Source: Aplysia californica
Taxonomy: Eukaryota
NCBI RefSeq assembly: GCF_000002075.1
Contig: NW_004797271.1
Coordinates: 2,575,341 to 2,639,146, forward strand
DNA: 63,806 nt
Direction of reading: 5' to 3'
The position numbers were made by a program, and so were the translations under genes. Positions within the stretch are counted from its first letter, which is position 1. Every line of letters begins with the position of its first letter. The notes under the pieces were generated by a model, which searched no databases, was not told the origin of the DNA, and was given only the letters and a program-made list of their open reading frames with translations. Positions 24,660-44,291 of this stretch are shown here, piece after piece.

Positions 24660-26656
24660 AAAAAGAACGCTTGCTCGCAATAAAATTATAAAGCGAGCAC
24701 TTGTCACTTGTGAAGAAAGCGCTTGCTTGTCGTTGAGGTTTAACTATAAGAAAGATTGCAAATCGCGCTTGCGACTGGTCAGAACTTTGGCATTTGGCGC
24801 CATAGCAGATTCAAGTGAAGACTAACTATTGTCTGTGTCTAAGTGAGTTATTTATATCATGAGTATAACGGTCGTCGGGGGATTTTACGTAAAACCAGAA
24901 TTAGAACAAGAATTACCTACTAGTATTACTAGGACTGTGTAATTGTGTCACAAGTCAAAAGACTGCACTCTCATTGCCCAATGGCAGTGTCTAAGTACAC
25001 GATAACCGACAACTCAGAGTCTTTCCACCACCACGATAGCATGATCATTACTTCCACCACCATTTGTCTTTCCTCATGTTTAATTTCATTTTTTTGTGTG
25101 TTATAGTTTTTCTGTAATCAATTATTTTTTAAAAATCACATGGCACAAAATCGACAGCCGTGCCCAACACCTCTGCCCCCAGCAAGCCGAGAGTGTGTGA
25201 TCACTACACGCAATCTCATTGGTCAATATAATTAACTTTGCCCCTGGCAAGATCAACTCAATTTGGTTGTTCTGTTCATACTAATGATGCAGGGAGGGCC
25301 AGTTTAGATAGATGTAGTGACTGGATATTAAAGCTCACGTCTCGATTTTTATCATTATAATAGACACATTTTTCATAAATGCTGGAAATATTTAGGAACA
25401 AGGGTCAGAAGTCGGAACGGAGGTCATGCTGGTTTCAATTCAGAGTCCAAATATAATTTTTGTTTATTCGGACTCGAGTCTGAATATAATTTTTGTCTAA
25501 TCGGACTAGAGTCCAAATATTCACTACGTATTTATAAAGAAAATATAATAATATAAAATTATTTGGCATAAGGTACCTTATGCGCATTCAGAGAAAGCAG
25601 TTTTTACATGCGGTAACTAACTTTTTTTCTGCCAGCCATTCCATGACAAAAAGGATTGAATTTAATAAAGAAAAAAATAATCACTTATCCATCATGGCTG
25701 CCAGGCCTAAACAGATGGGACGCACATTCTTAAGTCAAGTAGCACCAAAAAAACTACTACTATTTAAAGTATAAAGTAAAGGTCTGTGTAGGCCTACATG
25801 TTTTATCAAGACATATGTCACAATATGTGTCACAATCTCAACTCATCATTCATCTTTCATTTACCCTAGTATATAATGATAAAATGAGTGAAACATTAAC
25901 AAGACTCATCACTGGTCACTCATCGGCCGAGTGAAACAAGACTTCACTGGCACTGGTTGCTCATCGATTAATTTAATGGCACTTTTCACTACACTGAAAA
26001 CTGCCTTATTATGATTTATAATATTATTGTGGCACAGATGTTATTTTACTTTTACACCTATCTCGTGTTCTGTATATTCTATAGCATTTTTCTTATTCAT
26101 TTTTGTTTTACACAAATTTTGGCTTTATATTCATGAAATTATTTATCTTTGAGGTATTTGGTGTTTTAAATACAAATTGATAATAGGCCTGTTACCACAG
26201 GCGCAATTGTGTAATTGTGTAGTATGTTTCACATGTTTTTAAGAAACTGGTGGGTTTCAGGGGGTCATGGCCCCGTGTATTTTACCATAATGTGACGTCA
26301 TGCTAGGCCTATTACTATTAGATTTGAGATTCTCTTGAAAACAAAATTGATGTTCAACGGTTTTAATGGCCATATATATGTTCTGCAGACAAAAATATGA
26401 TGGTTTAGCCCCCTAAAGTGCTAAAGTAGTGCATCTGCGTGTTGGTTTGAAGGCTGCATGCTGGTGTGAAAGTAAACATTTACCCATTATTTTACTTTTA
26501 TTCTCATCTCATGAGACCCTGACTCTAGGTTGATTGATACCCATGGTGGAAATTTTTTTTCTTCTGTCAGCAGCAAACTGGTCTTTATAGATAGATCTTG
26601 ACTCCAACACCATCTTTCTGTTTACAGCCTTTCATTTTAAACCTCTTTTTATTTAG

Positions 26657-26730
26657 AAGTCTCCACATCTTTGAGTGCAGCGGTTGGGGAGTCCTACTTG
26701 TGTTTGAGTGAACACTTGGAAATTACAAGG
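26657..26730 (+). other. Possible non-coding 5' UTR exon of CCDC28
   Basis: Acceptor CTCTTTTTATTTAG| and strong donor AAGG|GTAAGT, lying between the promoter and the first coding exon (which has its own acceptor). Confidence 0.4.
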
Positions 26731-28045
26731 GTAAGTTAAATTTTCCAACTTTAGCACAGTACATTTGATAATGAACATGGGTAATTTTAACTCACTCGCT
26801 GCCAAAACTGAGGAGTTTTGGTTTTTTTCTATATGTGCTTCTGACTGCATTTGCGGTTCATTACCGAAACCCCTCGGTCTTGTCTTTGTGGTACCTGCTG
26901 TCCTTTGTGAGTTGATTGTGAATTGTTTGAGTTATTCCATTGATAAATGGATAAAATATAGATTTTATTTCTGGACGACCGTTCACACATCAGTTTCGTC
27001 ACAGTGGCGAACAAATGATCTCAAAGCATTTTTGAAAATGATGGACCCATTATATGACTGGTCGGATTTAGACTTTCTAGTGCTGAAGAATAGGACAGGA
27101 GTAACAGCAAGTGTAAGGATGTAAGGATTAGTGACAGTCAACTGTTAGATCTAGTAAAAGGGGTAGGCGAACAGCTGTTGAAACAAGTAGTGACTTACTG
27201 ATCAGTGATAATAAATATGATGAATCTTGACATCGATCCTGTGGCCCCAGGGGCAAGTTCTAGCTTCCCTCACGCCATGTAAGCATAAAAGGAAACAGAC
27301 AGAAGCTCTAAATCCAGCAGGAGTTGGAACTCTCTCTCTGTGAGTGGACCAAACTTGCTTTGCCGACTTTTATGCCGAGTTGGTCATCCAGGCAAATTAC
27401 GTTACATAGCAAGGTCCTTCATCAATTTGGACAAGTTGGTCAAAAACACAAGTGTGTATATATAAATAAATATCTCAACGTAACTTACATTGTTCTGTTT
27501 TTGTTCAAACCTTGTTTTGTACCCAAACTGACACGAGAGGCATACTCATGTATTTTTAAAAAACCAACCAAAAGTCACATTTCATTTAGACAGGTTTTAA
27601 AAAAAAAGAATTTTGACTCGTTTGCAAAAATTCATTAAAAAAACAACTCATTAAGATATCTTTAAAATTCCTTTTGTTTTGGACAGTATGTTTTATTGCC
27701 TTTTTGCTTGCTAAGTTTCATTAATGGCTGGTGAATTATGTTACAATGATTTTTTGAAATAGGTGTCAAATTGCTTGGCAATCTTCGGATGGTAAGCCAA
27801 AAAGTGCCCTCCTCGAGGGAGTTAATGGTGAATTAGCTTTACTTGGTCCAATTACTTTATGAATTCCTTTGGAAGAAGAAAATGGTTTTGTGTAGATTAC
27901 CTTCTAAAGGGGGCGTTTGAATCTTTTTATCCTTCATTCTAGGTTTAATGTCAGTATTCTTTACTGCATAATTGAAACTACTTTTCTGTCTCTGCTCAGT
28001 CGCGGAAGAGCTCCACAATTATCTGTATATGTCAGTCAGGCTGTT

Positions 28046-28203
28046 TATCATCATTGCCTTTCTCACCCTGCACCAGGGTATAGGCCACTAACAAACACTG
28101 TCCACCTTTCTCTATCCTGGGCAAGCCTCTTGATGTTATCCTATGTCTTCCCACTTTTCTGTACATCAATTTCTGTGATTCTTCTCCAGGTTCCACGCGG
28201 TCT
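28046..28203 (-). mobile_element. RTE 3'-end fragment
   Basis: Homologous to 3135-3290 (TCCACCTTTC..TATCCTG, TTCTCCAGGTTCCACG); TGATGATA tail. Confidence 0.75.
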
Positions 28204-28211
28204 TATGCGCA

Positions 28212-28529
28212 TTGTAATTGTAAATGTGGTTATTCATCAATGTCATGCTCATAAATGTGCCTGAACTGCTACAGGGAACTGCTGCTTTTTCTTTTCTAAT
28301 CCTTACTGTCGTCATTTTTCCTCTTCTTCTTTTGTATGTTTGTCACACTCTTGTGACCCGCTATTTCCAGGGTGTCTTGATAGTCGAAGCAGACTTTGTG
28401 CTGTTGAAGCTAGAGAGGTGAGCAGAGTAAGCCTGATTTCCTGTAAGTACTTCTCTGTTGACATCCATCCCTTGGCGCTCATATGACTTTATGCAGTTGC
28501 GAGTGCCGTAAAACCTCTACTAAAACAAA
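28212..28529 (+). mobile_element. Short retroposon family B, 5'-truncated copy
   Basis: Homologous to 37661-37970; abuts an RTE 3' fragment in opposite orientation. Confidence 0.85.
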
Positions 28530-28603
28530 GTGTTTTATTTTCAAAAGTTTAATTTTGATCATATAAAAAATGTTTTGTGTGTTTTGCCACAGGTCTCTAC
28601 TGA

Positions 28604-34655
<6,052 letters not shown>

Positions 34656-35766
34656 TTCATCTTATTTGTTCACAGACTGGAGTGAAAAATTTAAACCACA
34701 TCAGAGAGGTAGCTTTTACTGTTTTGTTGACCTGGATAATGTTTGTCCTTCTTTTGAGTGGGGGATGAATGGATCTGACTGTTTTTGATACTTTCTTTGT
34801 TTTCACAGAATGCGTGGTACTGATGGGATTATTGATAATGAATGACACAAGAATTAACTTGTTGAATAGTTTTTTTTGCTTTTTAAAAATTACTTTCCTT
34901 CCTCAGGAAAATGGCTTTAAATAACAGTATTGCATACTTTATGTTGTGTTTGCGTGTCCCTCCTTATTTTTTTCCCTTTCTATTCTTGTTTTATGCTCCT
35001 ATTTGTATTTTCGGCTGGTACGGGTGAAGACTGGATTTATCGTTTCATTCATGCAGCAGAGTACATATCAAAATTTGTTTTCTTTGCTGTGATATTGTTT
35101 TGTATGTTCATTTTTAGTTTTGTACCTTCTTACTATCTTTTTGCTTTATTTTTACCTGAACACGTTATCTGAAAATAGTTGGGATTTTTTTTGGGGTTTG
35201 TGGAGAATTTATTTTCTTTTGTCAGTCTGAGCTTATGTCTTTGAAATATTGAAAAGAGCTTAACCCCCCCCCCCCCCCCCAAGAAAACCCCCCAACAAAA
35301 ACACTTGATATTTTAGAGGAGAAAATGGGCATCTGTGGTGCCCTTGACTGTTGCATCCAAATTCCTGAGAAGTTCATTTTGTTGAGGAGTATCTCTATTT
35401 TTCTGCTGGGATGTTGTATCCCACTCAGGCAGAGTCAGAGCAGCCTTCCTCCAAAAAGGTTTAGATTGTTTTGTTAGCCGTGTTAAGTTGAACATTTATT
35501 ATGGATTTGTGATCTTTTAGAGAAGAGAGACTGCCATGTAGAATGGCTGCTTCAAATTGTAGGCAGTACAAAATCTTATTTATTTACTCTCATCTTATTT
35601 TCTCTTTAAAAGTATTCCATTTCCTGTGCCATGCTATACGGGCACCATTCCATGAAATTCCTGCAAGTTTTTTGCCACTCACAATTCCAGTGACAACTGC
35701 AGTTTTACTATAACTATAAAGGTTCCTTGTCTCAAGGTTGGGTATGTGAAACCAAAGAGGCACTTG

Positions 35767-36150
35767 CAGCTGAACTACCTGTCACTTGTTCGTGATATCA
35801 GAGGACACAGGGCTATATTTATAACCAGCTGAACTATCTGTTATTTGTTGGTGAAATCGGAACACCCGGTCTATATTCATAATTAGCACATCTATGTGTT
35901 ATTTGTTGGTGATATCAAAAGACATTGGGTTATATTTATAACTACCTGGACGATCTTAAATTTGTTGGTGATATCAGATGACACTGGGCTATGTTCATAA
36001 CCAGCTTAACTATCTATTGTTTGTTGATGATATCAGAAGACACTTGACTGTATTCTTAAATGTCATTTGTTGTTTGTATCAAAAGACATTGAGCTGTATT
36101 CACAACAAGCTGAAATACACATGTACATGCATCTGTCGTTTGTCCTGGAT
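35767..36150. repeat. Degenerate ~59-bp minisatellite (~6 units)
   Basis: Recurrent TTTGTTGGTGATATCAGA.GACAC.GGGCTATATT..TAACCAGCT. Confidence 0.85.
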
Positions 36151-37582
36151 ATAAGTTCTGGCCCACTAGTGACTCTGAGATGTATATTGCTGTAGACTTT
36201 TTATTTTATTTTATGTTTTGCTTTTACGCCTAAAATGTTTGTTACAGCACACGTTTAGACTTCTTTAATTGAATAATTTTCTTGTAAGAAATTCATATAG
36301 CTTGTTATACCTTTTATTCTAAAACCAGTGAATTATTGATTGGTCACCATGGGCAGTTCCTGGTCTTTAGTGCCACCTTACACAGTTAAAGATCTGGATC
36401 TCAGAACAATTGTTGCTTTTACTTTTGTTTGTGATAAATGTTTCGCTCTACTATGATTGTATATGCTTTGTTTTTGTTTTTGTCTCTTTTCTGACATTTT
36501 TTACTAATACAACATTCATACAAACCAGTAGATCTGTGTTGCTGGTAGCACAAAAGAACCTGGATGTCTATCCGTGTTTATATGTTCCCCACTTTCAAAG
36601 TGTAGCTTGTATCCTTGACAATAAAAGTATTAAAATTCTTAAAATCATCATTTAGAAATGAGTGTGTATGTTACCATTAATTTTTTTCTGTTCTGAGAAT
36701 TATGTGTATAGGCTTTGAAATCTGAGAGTCTAATGTAACATGGAACTTTGGGCTTTGTTCTCATTCTGTTTATACTGACTTCATACATAGATGATTTGTA
36801 TTTTTATCTGATGTTTTAATCTGCTGTTCTTGAAATTTGCTTTTTTGCTCCTGACATATTTGTCCTAGTTGTTATATGTGCCAAGTACTTTGTTCTTGTT
36901 GTAGTTGTTGTTGCATGATGTACTTTTACCTTTAATATTTCCACCCCCTGAAATAATTCTAATGAAATCACAAAGCAACTGCTTATCCTATTCTTTGTCT
37001 GTCTGATATTGATTGAGTGCACCCGTTAAATGCTGCCCCGGACATATGGTTTGCTACTACTTATCATGTTCCACCTCTCAATCCACTTAATATACTGGGC
37101 CAGCATTGGGTAGAATCTGCATGAGCCCCCAATCTGAACATACATGAAAAGTCACTTTCCTGTATGACATCAAGGAGACCCTGATGTGACCTCACTGAGT
37201 GTGGAGACTACGATCGCGCGTTGAAGTTAAAAATCAAGCATGTTCTGAATGTAGGACTCAAGTGGACTTTTACTTTGCATTGATTTGTTTGTGATATGAT
37301 AATTCTACTTTAAGTTGAAGAGAAACTTGCTTGGCCAAATAGATAAATGTTCTTTATTTTTCTGCTTCTACTTGGGAATATATGTGACGGGGTCGGGAAG
37401 ATCCGTATGAAGTTGTTGAGCAACTTTTTATAAAATGAACAAAAACACCAACTCATGTGAAAAAGAGAACCTTCAGACTAAGGATCTATGGATTGATTAA
37501 ATATCTGCTGTGAGAAACTTTGTAGAATATTGTATGGTAAAATTTAAAGTCTACATTTCATATGAGGTCTTAGAATCATTTT

Positions 37583-37992
37583 ACCCCCCGGGGCAGTGCC
37601 ACTGACTGAAGTGTCTCTAGGCCATTCCCAAAGGGGGGACATTTCTCGTTCAAGCACAGTAGAATTGTAAATGGGCTGATTCATGTCACGCTCACAACTG
37701 TGCCTGATCTACATCAGGGAACTGCTGCTTTTTCTTTCCTAATCCTTACTACCGTCATTTCCTCTCCTTCTTTTGTATGTTTGAATTGTTTGTCACACTC
37801 TTGTGACCCACTATTTCCGGGGTGCCTTGATAGTTGAAGCAGACCTTGTGCTGTTGAAGTTAGAGAGGTGAGCAGAGTAAGTGTGATTCCCTGTAAAGAC
37901 TTCTCTGTTGACACCCACCCCTTGGCGCTCATATGACCTTATGCAGTTTTGAGCGCCGTAAAACCCTCTAATACTATAATAAAATAATAAAA
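37583..37992 (+). mobile_element. Short retroposon family B, full-length copy
   Basis: Same 5' end (ACCCC..GGGCAGTGCCACTGAC) as the 13836-14227 copy; GGCGCTC...GAGCGCC tail. Confidence 0.9.
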
Positions 37993-38326
37993 AGAATATT
38001 TTTTTCTTAATTTAATATACTGAGGCATGGGATCAGAAATACATTTTAGTCACAATTTTCTTACTCCTTTCTCTTGAGCATGCTATATTCTAGGTTGTTA
38101 CGAAGATAACTAAAGGATTACTCAGAAAATGCTTTTGAAGTATGGTTTCCATTATTATCATGAAATAGACCAGTTTGAAGGGTTTTCTTACATGCCACAT
38201 TCATGCACATATGTTTGGCCTGTAATATGTTTTACATTGCAAATTACAGGGAGGTGTTCTATCTGACAAACACTCGTTCTGCTTTGCTTTTCGTTGCTTT
38301 TGTGGGTTTTTATATCTGAAAATAAC

Positions 38327-38767
38327 ATATGTGTCGCGACATGGTGGAATCAAGCTCTCGTCAATTTTTGGGCGTATGGGGTTATTGGTATCATCTTAAA
38401 GCCTGTTCATTTGCCTTGCTTTTGGTGAAAAAATATCCATCTATGTTGTTGAATAGGAGTCGAAATATTTGCGATTGATGGAGGTCAGGGTCGCCTGGTT
38501 TCCGAGGTGAAATTAGTGAGAAAATGGCCGACAAAATTTCCACAACTTGAAAGTCCCTGGAAACTGAAAATTGACATTTTTTGTGCCTTTAATCGATGTT
38601 TTTCAGTAAAATTCACTCAGAAATGTGTTTTAAAATGGGTATATAAAAGGTGTTAAGCCCCAAAAAAAGAAATTTAAAAAAAAATTGCCAAACGGTAAAA
38701 AAAATGCCAATTTCTTTGATTTTACTATTTTGACAAGCGCCTGATTTCACCACTGTGCCTCACATAT
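38327..38767 (-). mobile_element. Unclassified TIR MITE family, copy 2
   Basis: ATATGTG...GGTGGAATCAAGCTCTCGTCAA / TTGACAAGCGCCTGATTTCACCAC...CACATAT. Confidence 0.75.
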
Positions 38768-38824
38768 CATGTTTTTATGCTTTATATTTAAAGTAATTTG
38801 ATTCATTGACGACTGATCGATTTT

Positions 38825-38872
<48 letters not shown>

Positions 38873-40506
38873 TCATTTTTTCTTTCTTTCTTTGTGTTGG
38901 GAAGGATACAGAATGTCTCATGACTGTACTTAATATTAGAAGACTGCATTTACGACACTCTGTGATAATATAAAATATATGTAAAATAACCCAGAGACTT
39001 ACCATCAGTGGAGCCTCCTTGGTGGGAGTACTACCAGCATACCAGAGAGCAGCAGAGACTCACACTAGTTCATTTATTGTTTGAGGATTATTACAGAGTT
39101 TGTAGTTCTCAAGAGTATATCGCATTATATATCAGTGGAATTACTTGTTTGAAACGGCCACATCATGTATGAGTGTCTCACCTTTCGTGAATAAATACAG
39201 TGTCGTTGACAGTGTTTTACTTTTTAGAGCTACCATTAGCTCAAAATAGGCTCATTTATGTGTTTTTGTAAGTGGAATGAACGTAATCTTTTTCTACTTA
39301 ATAAATCTTTCATTTTGTTGCTCTTGAAATCTAAATTAAGTGTTGTTTTTAGAGAGTTATGTGTGTGGACTACTTTTCTGGCTGGTTCAGAGATGTAGTC
39401 AATTAAAGGAAAGATGGAGCAGATAATGATAGTGGATGTATTTAATTTTACTTACGAGTCAAATTGCACGTCAGATGGTCTACCGCTTACAAAGAGCATT
39501 CTTGTACTGTTAAACAATTTTTCATCATTTGATTTTGATGAAATTTGATGCATTAATACATTTGTTTTTTCTTGAAGAGAAAATGATGAATGGGGTATCA
39601 TGCTGGATTACAGACAGGATGGGTTTGGTTTGAATACCAGACTGGGGGTTTTCGAACTCGGAGTTTTTAAGGCTCTCAGTCCATTTAGCTTAGTCCTATT
39701 GGAGACGGACGTTAAATTGGAAGGTCCTAGTGTTGATAGGGGTGTTGAACCCATGCACTTACTATTTTGATAAGATGATGAGTGTTTTGCATTTTTCCCC
39801 GTGATCTCAAGCCTTTTTAGTTTGTGTGCTGGCATCATTCTCCTGTAAAGGAAGGAAACGGTTGCGAATCAAGGTAGTCTTTGGAAAAATATTGTTTCTG
39901 GTATGGACAGTTGTAACTGAAAGTAATAATCTTTGCTTTGTCTGTCGAGAAATTTTCACTTACTTCATAAAGTTTCTTCTGAGATTGAGATAGATGTAAA
40001 ATGCTATTTGAATGTCATCTTGCACGTATGATTTTTAGAGTTGAGAACTATATACGTCATCCTCTGAAATAGAGCGTAATACAAATTGTAATGTTAATAA
40101 AAAGGATTTTCTCATTATATGGTCACGTTTATGTAGTTTGGTGTACTACACTCTTGAAATGAGATCTGTTTTGGATAGTTTGTACAGTTTGAATGTTCAA
40201 GAAAGGAGTTAAGCTTTTTTTAAAGGAAGTTTTTGTAATGATCTTGAAATTAATAATATTAGGAAGGCCGTAAGGAATTTTTTAGGGTTACTTGGTTGGA
40301 GATTTCTGTGCCACATCATAGTTAATGAATTTCTGTATTTTAAGTTTAAGTTTTGATGTTGTGAACCTGTTTAACATAACCATATGACATTTTGGAGGCA
40401 AAGCCGAAGAGTCTTGTCCATGAATCTGTGGCAAGTTTGTTTACTCACAAAGTCATTGTGGCTCATGTGTTTAACTAGTCGATAGATTTAAAAACACTGC
40501 AATTAA

Positions 40507-40581
40507 CCCCTTCACTGCCTGACCGGAGACTGTCTTGTGCACTTTGTTAGGATTATGGAGCAGGTCTGGCAGTGAAATGGT
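40507..40581. mobile_element. Ultra-short piggyBac-like MITE
   Basis: TTAA on both flanks; imperfect TIR CCCCTTCACTGCCTGACC / GGTCTGGCAGTGAAATGG. Confidence 0.6.
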
Positions 40582-40842
40582 TTAAGGAAAAGACCACTTT
40601 GCTTCCTGTCTCAATGTCTTTCGCTATCATTTTTACTTTTTGTATTTCTCACAGTTATCTTTTTTTGGTTACCAATCAAAGGACATGTTTTCTACTTCTT
40701 ATTTGAGCACCATGCTAAATGTGCTAATAGTTTGTGTGTTGTTGTCATCAGTATTATAACAGATGGAGTTTTAATATGTAATACTTGAGCTGTTTTGCAC
40801 AATCCTGACATGATTCATGTATCAATTGCTTCCCTGTCAGTG

Positions 40843-41011
40843 GTTTTAGTGCTAGTAAGCGTTTCATGGAACTTGCAGCACATTTATTAAGTGATGAAGA
40901 TTAGAGGTGTTACAAGAGAATAACAGGCGCAAAAAGAGAGAGATAAAGACAATAGATGTTTGAGAGGAAAGAAGGAGCAAACCAGACCGGTGCACCCGCA
41001 AGCCACCCACC
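40843..41011 (-). mobile_element. Short retroposon family A copy
   Basis: Homologous body (GAAGATTAGAGGTGTTACAAGAG...ATAGATGTTTGA...CCACCCAC). Confidence 0.8.
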
Positions 41012-41400
41012 CTGTGAGTGGGGGGTACTATAAGAGACTTGCTGCGCTCCAGAAGGAGGTGCAACCTTTCGCTTTTATATCTTCTGATTGTTGTTTTTTT
41101 CCATTTTTATTTTCCTGATTTCTTGATGAACATTCTTAATATTGTTTCCAACCTTAAGTAGAGATGAAAATGTCTTGTACTATTTAAGAATATTTGATTT
41201 TCTTCTTGTGTTATTGCAAAAAATGTGAACATATCATTTGTTTATTTATTGAGTTTTTTTTAGATAGTGTTTGTACTTGTGTCCTGTTTTATTTTATGCC
41301 ATATCTGTGCCACTGTAAAGAGTATGTAATTAATCATGGTGGGCATGATGTTGAATTACTACATTTGATTTGATTTTCTTATATGCACCCAGGAGTCAAT

Positions 41401-41433
<33 letters not shown>

Positions 41434-41547
41434 ACTCCAAACTTTAAGTGAGGGGTGGACATATAGTTATAATCTGGTTGTTTTTTGGCAAGCAACTTCT
41501 GATATGTTGTCTGATGTGCACCATGGTCTTTGGCTTTCAATTAATTT

Positions 41548-41727
41548 TGTTTTAGTAAGCATTTTATGGCACTTGCAATACAATTAGGTCATAATGTAAG
41601 GGCTGAAGATTAGAAGTGTCGCAAGAGAGTAACAGACACAAAAAAAGAAGAAGTAGGAGAGATAAGGAGGATAGATGTTTGATAGGAGAGAAGGAACAAA
41701 CTACACCAGAGCTCCCATCAACCATCC
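41548..41727 (-). mobile_element. Short retroposon family A copy
   Basis: Homologous body and tail. Confidence 0.8.
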
Positions 41728-42762
41728 GCTTGACTAGTCTAATGTCCACTGCAATCTTTGATTGGTCACAGATTCTGCCATGTGTGCCTTCGGAATGCAA
41801 ACATACAGTTGGTTTTGTGATGGTGCAATATCACCGTTAGGTAGCCTACTATGATACAGACAGGCCTACCATTATATGATTATGTATACCAATCATTGTT
41901 GTTGTTTGTCTACACACTTGTCGTATCATGATGACTGGCACACAAGTAAATATACCTGAGAGAAGAAGGAGAGGCAGACAAGCAAGGTGCTATGTCAATT
42001 CCGTCTACAAGTACAACTGGACCCTAAGATTGAAGCACGAGTTGTTCCATGGGACGGATGATTGGGAGAAGTTGAGACAACTGATGAGGCATGGACAGAC
42101 ATAGACCAGTTGCAACCATTAATCTTAATGATGCAGATATGTAGTAATACTAACAGGCTTATGGTAAAAAAGCCTGGGATGCCTGTGCCTAAACATTTGG
42201 ATCATGGTAGACAATGAATTTGACAACCTTGGAGTGATGGATTGCATTAAAACATTTAACAGACCCCCTGCCCTCATGTTCTTGCACTTCTCTGTTTTAC
42301 AATATTTTTGAATATTCTGTGTGATTTTCAGTAATTTGAACTGAGTGAGAGATTTTTTTCACATGAATGTCTTCTCTGTCAATACTAGTATGTGCCAATG
42401 TCCTGGTTCACCTTGCTTTAAAGTTGAAAGGCAGAGGAGAGTAAATATATGAGTGTTTAAAACTGTGTGAAAGACTTTCTTGTTGTTCATTTCTCCATGG
42501 TTTGTGAGCTTGACAGTCACTTCAATGTGGGTGGTTGGAGTGTGCCTCTGGTAGGTCCTACTTCATTACTTTTCTGCCGTTGTTTCTGTCTGTTTGCCTG
42601 TCTTACTTTTTCTTCGCACCAAATGACCATTATTCAAATTATTGTGTCGATGTGCTTCTCTTTACTTAAAACAAATATAGTCACTTCAACGACGATGACC
42701 ACATTTCTTGAGTAGATAACTCTCTGTACATTTGTATTTTTGTTGTTCAAAGCAACTCCAAT

Positions 42763-42766
<4 letters not shown>

Positions 42767-42849
<83 letters not shown>
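42767..42849. repeat. (TA)n microsatellite
   Basis: Directly visible. Confidence 0.97.
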
Positions 42850-42853
<4 letters not shown>

Positions 42854-44291
42854 GGAGTTCGCCTAAACGGAGCACAGCCAATGTTATAATTATAAGTTCT
42901 AACAGTGATAAACCAAAGAAAATAAAATCCCATATTTATTTTTCTTCTCCTTGAGCAACCTCTTTAAACCTATGTCCAGGCTAAACCGAAGAAAATCAGG
43001 CAATCATGCTGATTTTTTAACAACTTATTCCACTGTGCATGTATATGTTTATCTGCACAATTCAGTCATGTTAAAATGTAGACAAAATGTGTCAATGTCA
43101 ATAAGAAGGTGGACACATTCCACATCACTGAACACTTTTTTTGGTGACCTTCCCCTGTCCAGTTATCTGGAGTCTTCAGTGTCTAGCAGAAGTAGTGGTG
43201 GTTGGAGGGCACTACTCAGAAGTTCTACTTCTTTTCTTTCCCTCTGTTGTTTCTGCCTATCTGTCATGCATCTTCCCTTCACTTCACTACACAATCATTA
43301 TTGTGGATTCTCTTTACTCAAAAACTCAAAGCAGAAGTATTGTAGACTTTGACTAGGTTAACAAGTCGGCCTGATATACATGTACTGATATTGATAAAGG
43401 TCACATCTGCTTCACTGGCTGAGCAGCTGATAACATTTTTTCTAATCAGGACTTGACATATGATAGAATCTCTTTACTCTTTCACAACAAATCTTGTATG
43501 GTGAGACATACGGAAATACATGTAACAGGTTATGGGGCTGATCTATTAGGTATATATGTTCTGAAAGGGTTAAGCTTTTATCTAACTCAAAATTGAATTG
43601 ACTTAATGCTAAGATAGGCTATACTTCTTTGCCGAAGTATAAAAACTTTTTTCTTATATGGAGCAGATAATAATTTGAGGTCGGCCGAGTCTTTAAAGAA
43701 AATTAAAGTGAGATTTGCCCATCTTTCTCGTACCAAGGTATGAACAGTTTCTTTTGGTTTTGTCTTATGAGATAGGAAAAGCAAACTTACACAATTTGGA
43801 TACTGAGACCTTATCATTGAGAGTTTATGTGTATTGTGTATTAATTCCTTTGCTCTGCACTCATTTCTCTCTGACCGTGACCCTCCCCCTTTAGCTCTAT
43901 CTTGATTATGTAATGAGATGTTTATCTGTGTGTCAGTGTGTTTGTGCTATGGCTTCCTTTTGCATCGTATCAGTGTTATCTGCCAGGCAGTACCATCGCT
44001 CCCTCTCACAAATTGAGCTGAGTTAAGCAAAAGCGTCTCCCACTTTTTTTGCCTACTCTCCCCTGCATTTGACCCTTTAATTTAAAACCTACTAAATTTT
44101 TAAAGTTTAAACATTTTATTTTAGAAAGGAATGTTTTTTAAAGAGAGCTTATATTTTCATACTTTTATACTTTTCTTTGGTCATGGGTGTATTGACATGA
44201 AGGGGCTTAAGTTCATCGGAAGAGCCGTATTGAATCTATAGGGGAAACATGTATTATTGATACTCGCCTATAATACAAATGATTTCTTTTG

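Larger units (their letters stand above)
22789..24850. promoter_or_regulatory. Divergent (head-to-head) SNX3/CCDC28 promoter region
   Basis: SNX3 ATG at 22788 (-). ETS-like CGGAAAT near 22847 and CRE-like TGACGT near 22881. CpG-richer segment with repeated CGCTTGC at 24668-24772. Candidate plus-strand first-exon donor GTGAGT at 24843. Confidence 0.55.

Noticed and set aside
35767-36150. CRISPR-like periodicity
   Set aside because: Eukaryotic context; the units are diverged along their whole length with no unique spacers, and there are no cas genes.
37583-37685. HDV-like ribozyme at the family B 5' end
   Set aside because: Some local hairpins exist, but I could not assemble the nested double pseudoknot in both copies.
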